A stretch of DNA of 62,215 nt, the filler included, from Sphacelaria rigidula (lineage: Eukaryota), in NCBI GenBank assembly GCA_964200075.2. It is 4 parts of 4 records of this genome, joined end to end, with 100 filler letters (N's around TTAATTAATTAA, not from the genome) between each part and the next. Parts side by side here need not be neighbours in the genome. Positions count along the whole stretch, not along the records: positions 15,582 to 31,060 come from CAXNAA020001729.1; positions 31,161 to 46,638 come from CAXNAA020001730.1; 2 more parts are not named here. The stretch is one strand, 5' to 3'. The translations under genes and the position numbers were made by a program. Of this stretch, positions 24,330-36,026 are shown piece after piece. Within the stretch, counting starts at the first letter, position 1; each line of letters begins with the position of its first letter. Under the pieces are notes generated by a model, which did no database searches, was not told where the DNA came from, and saw only the letters and a program-made list of their open reading frames with translations.

Positions 24330-26900
24330 GTTGGGGATTTATTGAAATCTGCCCCTACTTCCACCACACCGGCGGCGGGAAGGAGTTCACCGAAAGCTAT
24401 CGTCAAAGCAGCACAGACAGCACTCCCAATAAAAACTCGGATACCACGTATGCCGGAATGGTGCGAAAGTCCCGACACGAGAGCAGTAGTAAAGGCAGCG
24501 CTTGCCCACCGACGGGAGGCAAGTGAACTGATGAAAGACAACCAGCCCCTAGCGACGTGAAAAGCACTCCGAGCCGCGTGTAAGGGAGTACGTACTGCAT
24601 AGATGACGGCGTCCATGCACACTTAGAGAGGTATGTGGCGAGGCTAGAAGCGATCTACAAGGATCGCGACATGCGAGGCCTGTACAAACACCTCAAGAGA
24701 TCGGTGGGTCTTCGCGGGAGGCAATCAGGGGGGCAGCAGTTCATCAAGGACGAGAACGGGATTCTACTGAGGAACAAAATCGAGATCCTGAAGCGACGGG
24801 CGAGGTTTTTCCGGACCCTGCTAAACACCAAGTCGCCCACGCTGAACCCAACCATCATCGAGGAGGTAAAGCAGCGACCGATGGCATCACCCACCGAAGA
24901 TTCGGTACCGCTTGGGTCAGCACCAACGCTGGAGGAGACCATACGAGCAGTCCGGGGGATGCAAAACTGGAAAGCGCCAGGACGAGACTCCCTCCCTGTA
25001 GAACTACTCAAGATCGACGGTCGCGCCAAGCCTATCGTTCTCGAACGTTTCCATGCCATCCTCATCGAGGTGTGGAACGGAAGCGAGGTCCCGCAGGAGT
25101 GGAAAGACGCTACGATAAAGGTGCTCTACAACAAATAGGACTGCTCCAACTGTAACAACTATAGGGGAACCTCACTGGTGCCGCACGCAGGAAAAGTTTT
25201 TTTAAAGATAGTGGGCAACCGCCTCAGCGACGACTGCGAAGCCCACGGACTACTGCCGGAGGAACAGTGCGGCTTCCAACATGACTGATCCACCATCGAT
25301 ATGCTGTTCGTGGTGCGCCGACTCCAGAAACTGGGACGACGATGGAGAATACCACTATACATGTGCTTCGTCGACCTCCAAAAGGTTTATGATTCGGTCG
25401 ACCGAGAGCTTTTACGGCAGGTGCTCGCCCGAGCTGGCATTCCGGATAAGATGATAGCAGCTATCCGCCAGTTCCACGATGATATGCAGGTCCGCGTACG
25501 CATGAACGATGGGGAGCTATCGGAGTGGTTCAAGGTCACTCAGGGACTGCGGCAAGGATGTGTGCTGTCTCCGTTGCTGTTCAATACATATTTCGCTGCG
25601 GCGCTCGAGATAGTTCTCGTGCGATTCAGCGAGGACAACATCATCCTGAAGGACATAGTATATCTCGACGAGGAGACGGGGAGGGAGACGGAAACACCTC
25701 TGGAACGCGTACGGAGAACGGTGTCAAGAATGCTATACGCCGATGACGCGGCCGTCGTCTCAAGATCCCCAGACGGCCTGGCGAGGATGATGGCCGTTTC
25801 AGTACGCATGCTTCGGGCCCTCGGACTGACGGTGTCGGAGAAGAAGACAGAAACTCTACTGATGCGAGTACCGGGAAAATCACCCCAAAAAGGAGAGCCA
25901 CCAACATCAGCTCCCCAGCCACAGGCCATCGAAGCAGCGGGCCAGAAGAACGCACAAACCACCAAGTTTCGACACTTGGGCGGGCTCGTCAACAAAGATG
26001 GCGAGCTCACACAAGAGAGTAGGCGTCATCAGAAAGTTTTGCCGAGAGCTCTTTGACCGACCAAAAGCACCGTGGAGACTCAAGGTCCGACTGCTCAAGG
26101 CGTACGCGATAGAGGCCCTACTGTACGGATGCATGACACGAACGGCTCCGCGGACGACGACTGGCAGACGTTCGGAGTTGAAGGTGTCCTCTGGCCCTCA
26201 GCAGCGAAGAAGGAAGGGAGAATACAGTGGCACGCGAGGGTGCTGCAGGGAGCGGAGAGGTTTATGACCTCTTGCTACAAGATCAAAGAGGCCAGCCGAA
26301 TACGTGCAATTCGACGGGATCTTTCAGGAGAGCAGGGAAGATATGGAAGAACGTGGAGCCAGCTGGTACCAATCTGAACGTGGTCGAAGTGGCTGGATTC
26401 CTCATCATCTCCCCTTGTTCTATTTTTCTACTGATTGATGCCTTCCATGTATGTACCCCTTCCCCGAGGTGGTGTGTCATCTGGTGCTTTTCTTGTTGTG
26501 CCTAGTGTGTTCGTACTCATGGCTGTCCCTCTAGAGGTACAAGGATAGAACCCTGCAGTCCTTGTCGCTATGGCCGGTGATGTTGGTTCCTGAGCTTGGT
26601 CTATTCCTGTTTGGCCTCGCGTGTTGAGTGGACCATTGGGCCCTGCATCCAGCAGTCCGAACGGTCGCCTGCGGCACCAGAATTCATGAGGATAGCACTT
26701 TTTTTTCCCTCTTGAATCCTTTGCTACATTTCTTTTTTGTATCGCGTCCGTGTGACTTTTGTGGGTCCGATTTTTTCTTCCTTCTCCTATACCGTGTTCT
26801 GGGTAGTGAGCCGGTGATCACGGAAGACGTCCGCATCGGATGCCCAGAACAGAGTACGGCGCAGATATCGGGACGGCTTTTAACGTCAAGACAACAACTT
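24330..26900 (+). mobile_element. RTE-type LINE, 5'-truncated and decayed (copy 2)
   Basis: ORFs 24635-25138 and 25301-26056: KAPGRD, CFVDLQKVYDSV, GLRQGCVLSPLLFN, LYADD; 3' end homologous to copy 1 with a short CAA tail. Confidence 0.9.
25301..26056 (+). pseudogene. LINE reverse transcriptase remnant
   Basis: RT motifs QG and YADD present; stops upstream and frameshift downstream. Confidence 0.88.
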
Positions 26901-27019
26901 CAACGTGCCCCGGTGACCTAATGGTACAACTGACGCCGTTATTGTGGGAAGGGTGCGAGTCTGTTTCCCGCCGGATGCGTTTGGGTATTTTCTTCAAAAC
27001 ATCTTTTTTGCGTCCCTGA

Positions 27020-27490
27020 GGCCGCTTCTTACGTCAAACAAGAAAACAAATATCTGAAAAACTGGCCTTTTGGCCCTTGTGCGTCGTTTGACGCCATGAA
27101 CGAAGGCCAGGCGGATTGTGACAGCTCCTTGGAATGATTTGCTCTACTCTCTGAGACGATTTCAGATCCTTGCGTTTTCCGGCGGCCGCAGTTTTTTTTT
27201 TCGCCCAGACGTGAAATTTTGTCGAAGGACGTTGAGTCCAGAAAAAGTGGCATTTTTTTCCTAGATTTGACCGTTTTGAATGTTCTTGGATAAAAATGCA
27301 AGTTTGTTTGGATAAAAAACTGAAGCTACCGGAAAACGCAAACGTGTCCTGAAACCGTCTCAAAGAGTAGAGCAAGTCATTCCAAGGAAGTGTCACAATC
27401 CGCCTAATTCTCTGCTAGGGCGTAAAACGACGAAGAAGGACCAAAAAAGCAGTTTTACATTACTTTGTGTATTCGCCATGTGGAGCGGCC
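27020..27490. mobile_element. PIF/Harbinger (Tourist-like) foldback MITE
   Basis: GGCCGCT...AGCGGCC TIR, TGA/TAA flanks, palindromic arms. Confidence 0.75.
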
Positions 27491-27505
27491 TAAGGACGTG
27501 CCTTA

Positions 27506-27939
27506 GGCTACTTCTCATGTATAAAAGACACTTGTTAAAAAGTGCATCTTTGGCCCTCTCCGTGGTGTTTTCCCCCAAAAGAGGGCTAGGCGGATGTTGA
27601 CACCTTGGAATGACTTGCTCTACTGACTGAGATGGTTGCGGAGCACCTCTGCGTTACCCGTAGGTCACGGTTTCGTTTTTGATCAAACTTGCATTTCCAG
27701 TAACAAACGGTCAAGTTATAAAAAAACAGGGGGATGTTACTGAAAATATAAGTTTGGCCAAAAACGGAACCGTGACCCACGGGTAACGCAAAGGTGCTCT
27801 GGAACCGTCTCAGCGAGTAGAGCAAGTCATTCCAAGGTGTCAACATCCGCCTAGCCCTCTTTTCGGGGGGGAAACGACGGAGAAAGGCCAAAAATGCACT
27901 TTTCAACAAATTTTAGTTTTTGATACATAAGAAGTAGCC
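27506..27939. mobile_element. PIF/Harbinger (Tourist-like) foldback MITE
   Basis: TIR GGCTACTTCTCATGTAT/ATACATAAGAAGTAGCC, perfect TTA TSD. Confidence 0.88.
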
Positions 27940-28108
27940 TTAGAACATCATCTTTCGATCGAAACTGCGGTGGAAAAGGGAAAATCTGATCTGGTAGGTC
28001 GCGATTTCAACTATCGTAATTTATGTTGACGATGGTTGAAATCACGCCCTGTAAGATCGGAATTCTTGCTTTTCACCGCTCCTTTTCGATCGACAAATCA
28101 TGTGCTAA

Positions 28109-28868
28109 GGGCGTGACTCAGCACTTTTTGTCTCAATCGAAAAAATGGGGCGGTAGAATTTAAGCGAAAATCGCTCATTTTTGTCGACTTGAATCAAAGC
28201 GAATTTTCAGCCTTTCGATCTAAAAAGACAGTGAAATTCGTGAAACGGTACATGGTCACTCGTGTACAGTACAGACAGTCTGTACTGTGTGCACTGCTGG
28301 CAAGCACTGTGTCTTGAGTGCGTGTGTGCGTGTTTCGTACAGTAGAATCGGAAAGAGGAGCGGGCAACGTGCAGTGCAGACAACCCAGGACTATCAGTTA
28401 TCTCTGCTTAAAATGCGACATGAAAGGACTTGAACAACGTACAGCTTTGTGCCGCCTGCACTGCCCCTGAGCGTGTACGCAACTCGGTTTCCCACCGTAC
28501 CACGCAGTTCCGTCACTGATCCTACCACGCAAGAAGATGCGCAAATTTTCGTCTACAAAAAATAAACAAAGCATACCGAACTACTGCAGTGTATCTATCA
28601 CTGTGCTCAACTCGTGCTCTATGCTGCAGGGTTGCGGTGGAAGCTGAGAATGAGTGAATGAGAGTCAAGTGCCGCTTCGTCCCTTTCGACCGCATGTTTT
28701 CGATCGAAAAAGCTCAGCTTTATTGTTTTGTAGTTTTTTTCCGCGCGCCACCAAATATATATTTGAGTTGAAGCCTTATACGAACAGAAATGCGGTGGAG
28801 CTACCAGATCGAGAAAATATGAATTGGCCGCACTTTCCGATCGAAAACAAAAGTGCTCAGACTCGCCC
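28109..28868. mobile_element. Non-autonomous PIF/Harbinger element
   Basis: TIR GGGCGTGACTCAGCACTTTT/AAAAGTGCTCAGACTCGCCC, TAA TSD; interior homologous to 31690-32030. Confidence 0.82.
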
Positions 28869-29255
28869 TAAGACACTGCATGAAAGCGTGGGGACGTGAA
28901 CATCAAAAAGGTTTGATTTTGGTTGGCGACAGTCGACGCAGTCCGGGAGTGCTGATAGTCATGATCCAATCCAAGAGACCAAAATGCAAGGCGTATACCG
29001 GGCGAGAGATGGGCCGATCCCTTGAGACAATGGATTCGTTCCGAGCAAGTGGAGGGGTTAGGGTCCTTCTTAACCTAGGGGATTTTCTCCTTTCTCAAAC
29101 TCCCCTTTCTGATAGCTACCCCTGATTGGTCGCTTTGATAGCACTCCTCCGAAAAAAAACCCAAAACGTGCACAGAAACCCCCTCTTTGGGTGGGATTCC
29201 AGGAAGTTGAAAAACAAATTATGAAACCCCTTTTTCAAACAGTAGAGTTTTTCTA

Positions 29256-29555
29256 ACCGGCGTTCGGTTACAAACGTCCATGGTTGATATTACTTGATGT
29301 GAGTGGGTACGAGAATCGGATCTTTAGTAGGGCTGACAATCCCGTGTGCTCCTCGCGTGCGCAGAACGCGTTTTCGTTGGAATCGGCGCCACAGGTGCCG
29401 ATTTGGGGTCTACCAAGGCCGCACTTTGCCTAGGGACTGCTACGTGCTGCCCTCGCCCGTGAGTTCTCAGTATGCGTTGGGTTGGGATTAGGGTTAGGGG
29501 TAGCGATACTTGTAAAATTGTGTCAATCATGGGACATTTGAAGCTCAACGCCGGT
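29256..29555. mobile_element. MITE with ACCGGCGTT...AACGCCGGT TIR and TA flanks
   Basis: Imperfect ~40-bp TIR; TA on both sides. Confidence 0.55.
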
Positions 29556-29574
29556 TAACCCTTAGATCGCGAAC

Positions 29575-29730
29575 GTAGTCCATCTGGACTATGCCTATTT
29601 TTTTAAGTGAAATTGATGCCGACTCAACAGATGACCTACTCTCTCTGTCAAACTTGGACAGTGAGGGTAGATCATCTGTTTAATCGGCATCAATTTCACT
29701 TGAAAATAGTGCGTGATCCAGATGGACTAC
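29575..29730. mobile_element. ~155-bp hairpin MITE
   Basis: GTAGTCCATCTGGA...TCCAGATGGACTAC with near-complete arm pairing. Confidence 0.75.
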
Positions 29731-31060
29731 AGTTATGGGTGGGACTGGTACCCGATTTTGGGTACTATATTTCGGGAAAATGGATCACGAATGCTGCATG
29801 CGTACGAACTGGACCGTAATCAGGCGAATCATATCAATCAAAAATATATGCGTCACCTAGAAACAACGACCTGGCTCACATAAAATGTACTATAAACATG
29901 GTACATATCTTCAAGCCTGTGAGTGCTCGGTATCGAGATGATATTGTTCCTCCAGATAACTCGCTCTAGATCAATGGGTGCAAACTCTTGGTGCACTAGT
30001 GTTCAGCTGCTGTACTACTCGGGAAGCGCATGCCCCCGAGCTGCCACCCCACGATTACCACCATTGCGAATATAACAAAACAAGAAGACGAACAGCAGCA
30101 CTTGTGGCCACCACACACCAACGCATCTGCAGTGAAATGCGTGCCTGACATCGTGCTAGAACGAGAAAGTACGGAAATTTGGATACCATGAGCAGCAGCG
30201 TCGCGCATCCCTTGGGTTCTGTCTCGAGAACGTCTGTCACAAGACGGCCTTGTTTCATCGGTGAACTCGTCCTCTACAAGCCAAGGGGTGAAAGGGCATT
30301 CACTCATGATAAATGAGGTTGTCCTTTGTACACATCCCCACACAACAAAGCAGCACATGGCAAACCGCCACCAAAGCAAATGTCGTGACATTGGTGCCAA
30401 AAAATATCATTTGGTCGAAGATGCAAGCTGGTGTAAATCGCATGGTTTTCATATTATTTTCAGTATGTACAGGCAGTCAGTTGAAACATCGTGGCTCTGC
30501 TAACCTGTTCATACATAGTCATTGTGTAGTCTATGTGTGTCGTCTAAGAAAAAATTCGCCCTTGGCGCCCTGGTTTCTCCGCTGGAACCCTCAGATCCAA
30601 CAGCCGAAATTCATGTGTTACGTCGCCCTCTGCAACTCCATACATGAAGGGCCCTCGCTGTTGAAAGGCTAAGTTGCTCATTGTGCACAGCCGTACAGAA
30701 CGAAGCAGCACCTGGCGGCACGCCACAAAGTGAAACACCGTCACACACTGCTCACTGCAAGAAAAAAATATGCAGCCCAAGACGAAGCTGTCGACCGTCG
30801 CATAGTTTGCATCTCACTCTTATATTAGTATATATAAACAGACCATTACTAAGTACATGATCACAACAGTCGCCAGCAGATGTAAGGCAGTGCAAGTACT
30901 ACAATCGCTCTAGACGCCTCGGCTTCTGCACTAGAGCTCTGACACGAAGCAGCCGCTAGCTTTGTCTTTCTTCTGTGAACTCCCCCTCTGAAATTCGACA
31001 CTTGAAGGGATACTCGCTGTTGAAAGGCGAAATTGCCTTTTGTGCACAGCCGCACAGAAC

Positions 31061-31160
31061 NNNNNNNNNNNNNNNNNNNNNNNNNNNNNNNNNNNNNNNN
31101 NNNNTTAATTAATTAANNNNNNNNNNNNNNNNNNNNNNNNNNNNNNNNNNNNNNNNNNNN
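31061..31160. other. Artificial contig linker N44-TTAATTAATTAA-N44
   Basis: Six-frame stop spacer. Confidence 0.97.
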
Positions 31161-32746
31161 TATTGTTCAGTGCCCATTCTCGCAACCTTGGAGCCATGCT
31201 ATTCTGAAAAGTGGGCTAAGCTCCTCTCTGTGGGGTGATGCAAAGTGTCCGAGACGTGTGCTGGCGATTTCCCTGTTTTGGGGTCAAAAAGGGGGTCAAA
31301 CGCCAAAAAGTGAACAATCCGTGGGCCAAAAATCTGTTTGCCGTAACATCTGGCCTGAGCCCAAAGAAGGACTGTAAATTTCTGCTGTTCAAATTCCACA
31401 TATATACCGTATTGCTGCTGTCAGATATTCGGACAGCAGAGGCTGTTAAAAAAACCTCGCGTATTGCCCGCCAATTCATATCAATTGGGCAAAACGCGAG
31501 AATTTTGGAACAGCCTTTGTTGCACAAATCCCATATAGTGACTGCCAGTACATGTACACACGGCCGTGCTCTGACAGTCGTTGACAGTTGAGCGTACGGA
31601 TGCACGCTCTATATGACATGACTCTTTTTGAAAAAAAGCGTTGTCCCTGGGCTACACACATCAGAGCAATAAACCGTTTGTGCAAGCCAGTGTGCGTGTG
31701 TGCGTGTTTCGTACAGTATAGGATGTGGATTGGAAGCGGGCAACGTGCAATACAGACAACGCAGGATTATATGTACTGTGTGCTCACAACGCAACGTGAA
31801 AAGGACTTGTGTAACGTGCAGCTTTGTACTGCCTGCACTGTCCATGAGCGTGTACGCAAACCGAGTTGCCCACCCTACCACGCAGTTCCGTCGCTGGTCT
31901 ATACCATGAACGAAAATGGTCGAGCTTTTACCAACAACAGACGCATCTTACCCAACTACTGCAGTGTGTATCTATCCTTGTGCCAACTCCTGCTCTTTGC
32001 TGCAGGGTAGCGGTGGTAGCTGGGAATAAGTTGTGTGCAGTCGGCGCACACACCAGAGGCTTGATGTAGTACGTACTCCAGAGGTTAATTCATACCCTGG
32101 ATGATACTGCACCGCTATGTCCTCTGGAGTCGCAAAAGTGCCCTTCAGGCCATCGTCGGTTCCTACAGAGGAAAGATGTTCATCTTTCCCTCTTGGAGGT
32201 GTTCACCAAAACCGCGTGCTCCAGAGCACCATATTTTATTACTCTGGGGGAATTCAGAATGCATAAGTCACTGGAGCATCAGAGGTCCCCTACAGGATTT
32301 GTTTACTATCCACTCCAGAGGGATGAAACACCCTCTACAGTAGAGAGTACTTTATCCTCCACAGGGTCACCCTGGAGATGATGGAAATCGCGATGGTAGA
32401 ATTTCAAGGGTGAGCCGAAGAACCTTGTGTGCACGGGTAATTACGGGGGTACCAAACGGCGAATATCGACCTGCGTTTTCCGCCGTCGTACTGTTCGGCC
32501 AAAATAGGAAACAGGGATATTTCGAGGGGACGACACAATGGCTCCCACCTCTCTTTTGTTTTTTCTCGGAATGATCCGAAATAACGCTCGTGCGTCGTAC
32601 ATCATCCTGAACGCCGATAAAAATTTCACTTCTTGAATTCTGTTGAATGATAGATTCGTTGGGAGGAATGACTTCCAGGACGCGACAGAGTACAAAACTT
32701 GAATGACATGGTTCGGTGGAACGTATACTTGGCATCGATGCCCCCG

Positions 32747-33120
32747 CCCAATGTGTATTCGGTGGGTGGTATATTGTCATACACGCTACCCCGATATTCA
32801 TACTGACCGGGCGATACGTTTTGACCCTTGCGGCCCCAATAGACATGGACCGGCCAAGATGTTATCACCCAAGCGGCCCCAAGATGTATTGACCGGGCAA
32901 TATTGTCACCTTTACGGCCCCAGTATATATATTGGTCGTGCAATATGTCGTCGCCAATGCGACTCCGATATACATTGATCGGGCAATACGTGTGAAATCC
33001 CATGGTACCCATATACAATAGGCGGGCAATATTTTCGTATTCCCAGGACACCACTATATATCGGGCGGACAATGCGTGTGCAGTCTCAGGGTGGCAATAT
33101 ATCTTACGCCGGAAAAATAC
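32747..33120. repeat. Degenerate ~43-bp tandem array (~8-9 units)
   Basis: Recurring CCCCAATATACATTGACCGGGCAATA-like core with a variable remainder. Confidence 0.7.
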
Positions 33121-33679
33121 TGCCGGAAATATACTGACATTTTCCGATATAATCGACGAAAATATATATATATATATATTGGTAATGTAATGTAATGTCC
33201 AGGGTGTGCAATATTTCCCATTTTCTTTCATGTGTATGGGCTGTCATGATCATAGTCGTTTACGAATTCACCCTTCCCGGAAGAAGAGACAGGGTTCAGA
33301 ATGAAAGCCCTTCGATTCTTTTTCACAGCATCAGTGGATATATTCTCTGTTCTGTTTCATGTACTGCCGACGTGTGCTTATGCCAGGCTGTCATTCAATT
33401 ATTTTTTTCTACCATATGCGTGTTTATGCACTGTCGTTTTCCAGGTAGTGGTGGCGTAGCTGCTGAGGAGGATGAGAGTTCGGCGGAAGAGGAAGCCTTG
33501 GACGTGCTTTTCAGCTTCGGAGGTGTGTAAAATGACCACCGCACAATACGCTGTATTGAAACACAAGAGCGGTATAGCACCCCCCCCCCCTCACACACGA
33601 ACACTTCTGTCTAACACCTGCAGGTGACGGATGTCGGCACTTTGCTGCACTTTTCGGCACCACATCATTCGCTTGAATA

Positions 33680-34710
33680 ATTCTATTATTGGGAGCGTAC
33701 TCGTTTTTTGCTTGTCTTGGTCGTTCGACCATGGACCACGCATCCCTTTCGAGACGGAGCACCGTTCCTACTCCTAGTAGAGATACCTCCATCATCTGGA
33801 GCTCATCACGTTTCTTCCATATATTACACAGGAACCTTTTACATATCTGATCCCATTCCTGACTCGCCATTTGTGGCCACCATCTATCTCCTAGTATAGC
33901 TATCGTTTTCTCCCTACTCTTTAATGCAACAAATGATTTCATGCCACCTCAGTTTTCTACCAAAGTCTCTCCCACTGGCACGTCCGCGTCCTCCTTGTAT
34001 GGTTCACTTCCTGCCGCTATAGTGCTACGTTTTATTACGTTGCCACAGGGGCAACTCTGTGCATCTACTTTCTCCCCCACTCGACTCCTGATTTACCTCT
34101 CCTTTTTCTCTGGCAGGTCCAGGTTCCACCCGAAATCGCAGTTTTGATTTTTTCACGGATTCCGTTGTGCTATGCAGATATGTTTTAATCCCTATCCCTT
34201 CTCGCAACCCCCCGTATATGTTCAGGTGCTCTTCCTCATCTACTTTTCGTCTTGGCGCTCCTTTCTCCTTATATATATTATTTCCCTTACGTTCTCTTGT
34301 ACTAGCACATTCATCAATGGGTAGTATGTCGTCTTGATTTCCTCCCATCTCCTTCCGTACTTTCTCGATTACGCTATCCCGCCTTATTCCAGCCTGATCT
34401 TTCGTCATGTTCTCCCATACAGCCTTATCAACTATGGCTGGCAATCCCTTTCTCCGCACGTTCTTTACGCTTCTTGTAATTACAATGGCCTCCTGCCTCT
34501 ATTTGTTTTGAGGGGGTACATTCCCAATTCTGCCCTCAATGCTGTATTTCTCTTCGTTTCTATACATCGTTTCTATGCATGCAAGTATTTTCTCAGCTGC
34601 TGTCATCTGTACTGTTTCCAGCTTCTTCGCCAACTTCGCGTTTCCCCATATTCCAGGTTTGGTATAATTACATCCGTCAGAATACATATCTTAATCCAAG
34701 TATCTAGGTG
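33680..34710 (-). mobile_element. LINE 3' relic (post-RT region with Cys motif), decayed
   Basis: WGNAKLAKKLETVQMTAAEKIL..., KLRFRV, QSCPCG, ILGDRWWPQ; multiple frameshifts. Confidence 0.6.
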
Positions 34711-35606
34711 CCAGTCGCTCAGGATCGCGGCCGGTTTCCCCATTTGTGCCTTCCTATGATCGGGGGGTTGTTTGTGGCTTCACCAACCCCTGCACCACGG
34801 GACTGTGACTTGAATCGTGCTGGTTTGTTTCACTCGTCTCGTACAAGTACCCAACCCTTGTCCTGTACCGGGAGTAGGGGAGGGGGAACCCGAGCTACAT
34901 CGGAGATACATCGGAGAGGCCCTTCGAACTGTGACGTTTGAAGAGAGCAGAAAAACATTATCAGAATGCTCGTGCTCTGTCTCAGGACAAAAACACACGC
35001 ATGCATTCACACCCACTCCAACAGCATGTTCAAATATATCTCTGATAACAAGCGCGTAACAGGTGTTTGAGGTCGTTTAACACATCCGTGAACCCCGTCG
35101 TACGGTGCAGTCGACTTTACACCCTTCTAGATCGCAGGAGCACTTGCCTCCTGTCTTGTATCGACTCACGTAGTATCTCATCCTCATTGGAGTACCACCT
35201 CCGGAAGATGACTAACGGTCTCGAAAACTCATCCCCCCGGGCCATATACGTCATATACCATAACATACATGCGGTCAGGCCCCCCTTGATTACCACGTCC
35301 CGATGTTGCGTAGGGCAGACCTTGGAATTGGGCTGGAAAATAACGTTTTCTGGTCACAGTTGAAGAACCCCATGTGCCGCTCTATTGTAATATCGGATAC
35401 GGGCGATTGTTTTTTCCCTGGTCTCACCCAGAAACGGAACAGGTGACTTTCTTACTTCTTGAATAATACAAATTTATATACATGTTCCCCTTCGGGAGCT
35501 TGATACTGGCCTCCGCGGGGTGACGCAAGACGAGAATGAACCAGTGTTATTCTTTTTTCATATTATGGAGCCAATTGTGTGGGAGAATATGTGCCTTCCA
35601 GTAGAT

Positions 35607-36026
35607 AACAGTGGATTCTCGAAAATGGGATTGAAAAAAAATGAGGTTCAGCTCAAAAGCCGTGCTTTCCCTGACCTAAATTCATGACAAATGGCTTTTA
35701 TGTGGACCACCCCATCCCTCCCGACCTCTCTAAAACTATTTCGAGCGATTTCTAGCCTTCCGTTCCCCCGAGAGGTATTTGCGAAAGCACGATTTTGGGG
35801 ACAAAAAGCGTCCTTTTTCACCCCGAGATCGAGGCAAAAATGTGCTTTCGCACACACCCTTTGGGGGAATGGAAGGCTAGAAATCCCTCGATAATGTTTC
35901 AGGGAGGTCGGGAGGGATGGGGTGGTCCATATGAAAGTCACTCGTCATAAATTTTGGTCAGGGAAAGCACGACTTTTGAGTTGAACCTCATTCTTTTTTC
36001 AACCCCATTTTCGAGAATCCACTGTT
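35607..36026. mobile_element. 420-bp foldback MITE (AACAGTGGATTCTCGAAAATGGG TIR)
   Basis: Perfect 23-bp terminal TIR, arms pair over ~190 bp, AGAT direct repeat on both flanks. Confidence 0.9.

Noticed and set aside
29478..29502. Telomere-like TTAGGG repeats
   Set aside because: Only two units, internal to a MITE
32747..33120. CRISPR array
   Set aside because: Repeats too degenerate, linkers short and mutually similar, eukaryotic context, no cas genes
33444..33523. Isolated acidic exon-like segment
   Set aside because: No linked exons or recognisable family; insufficient evidence for a gene call
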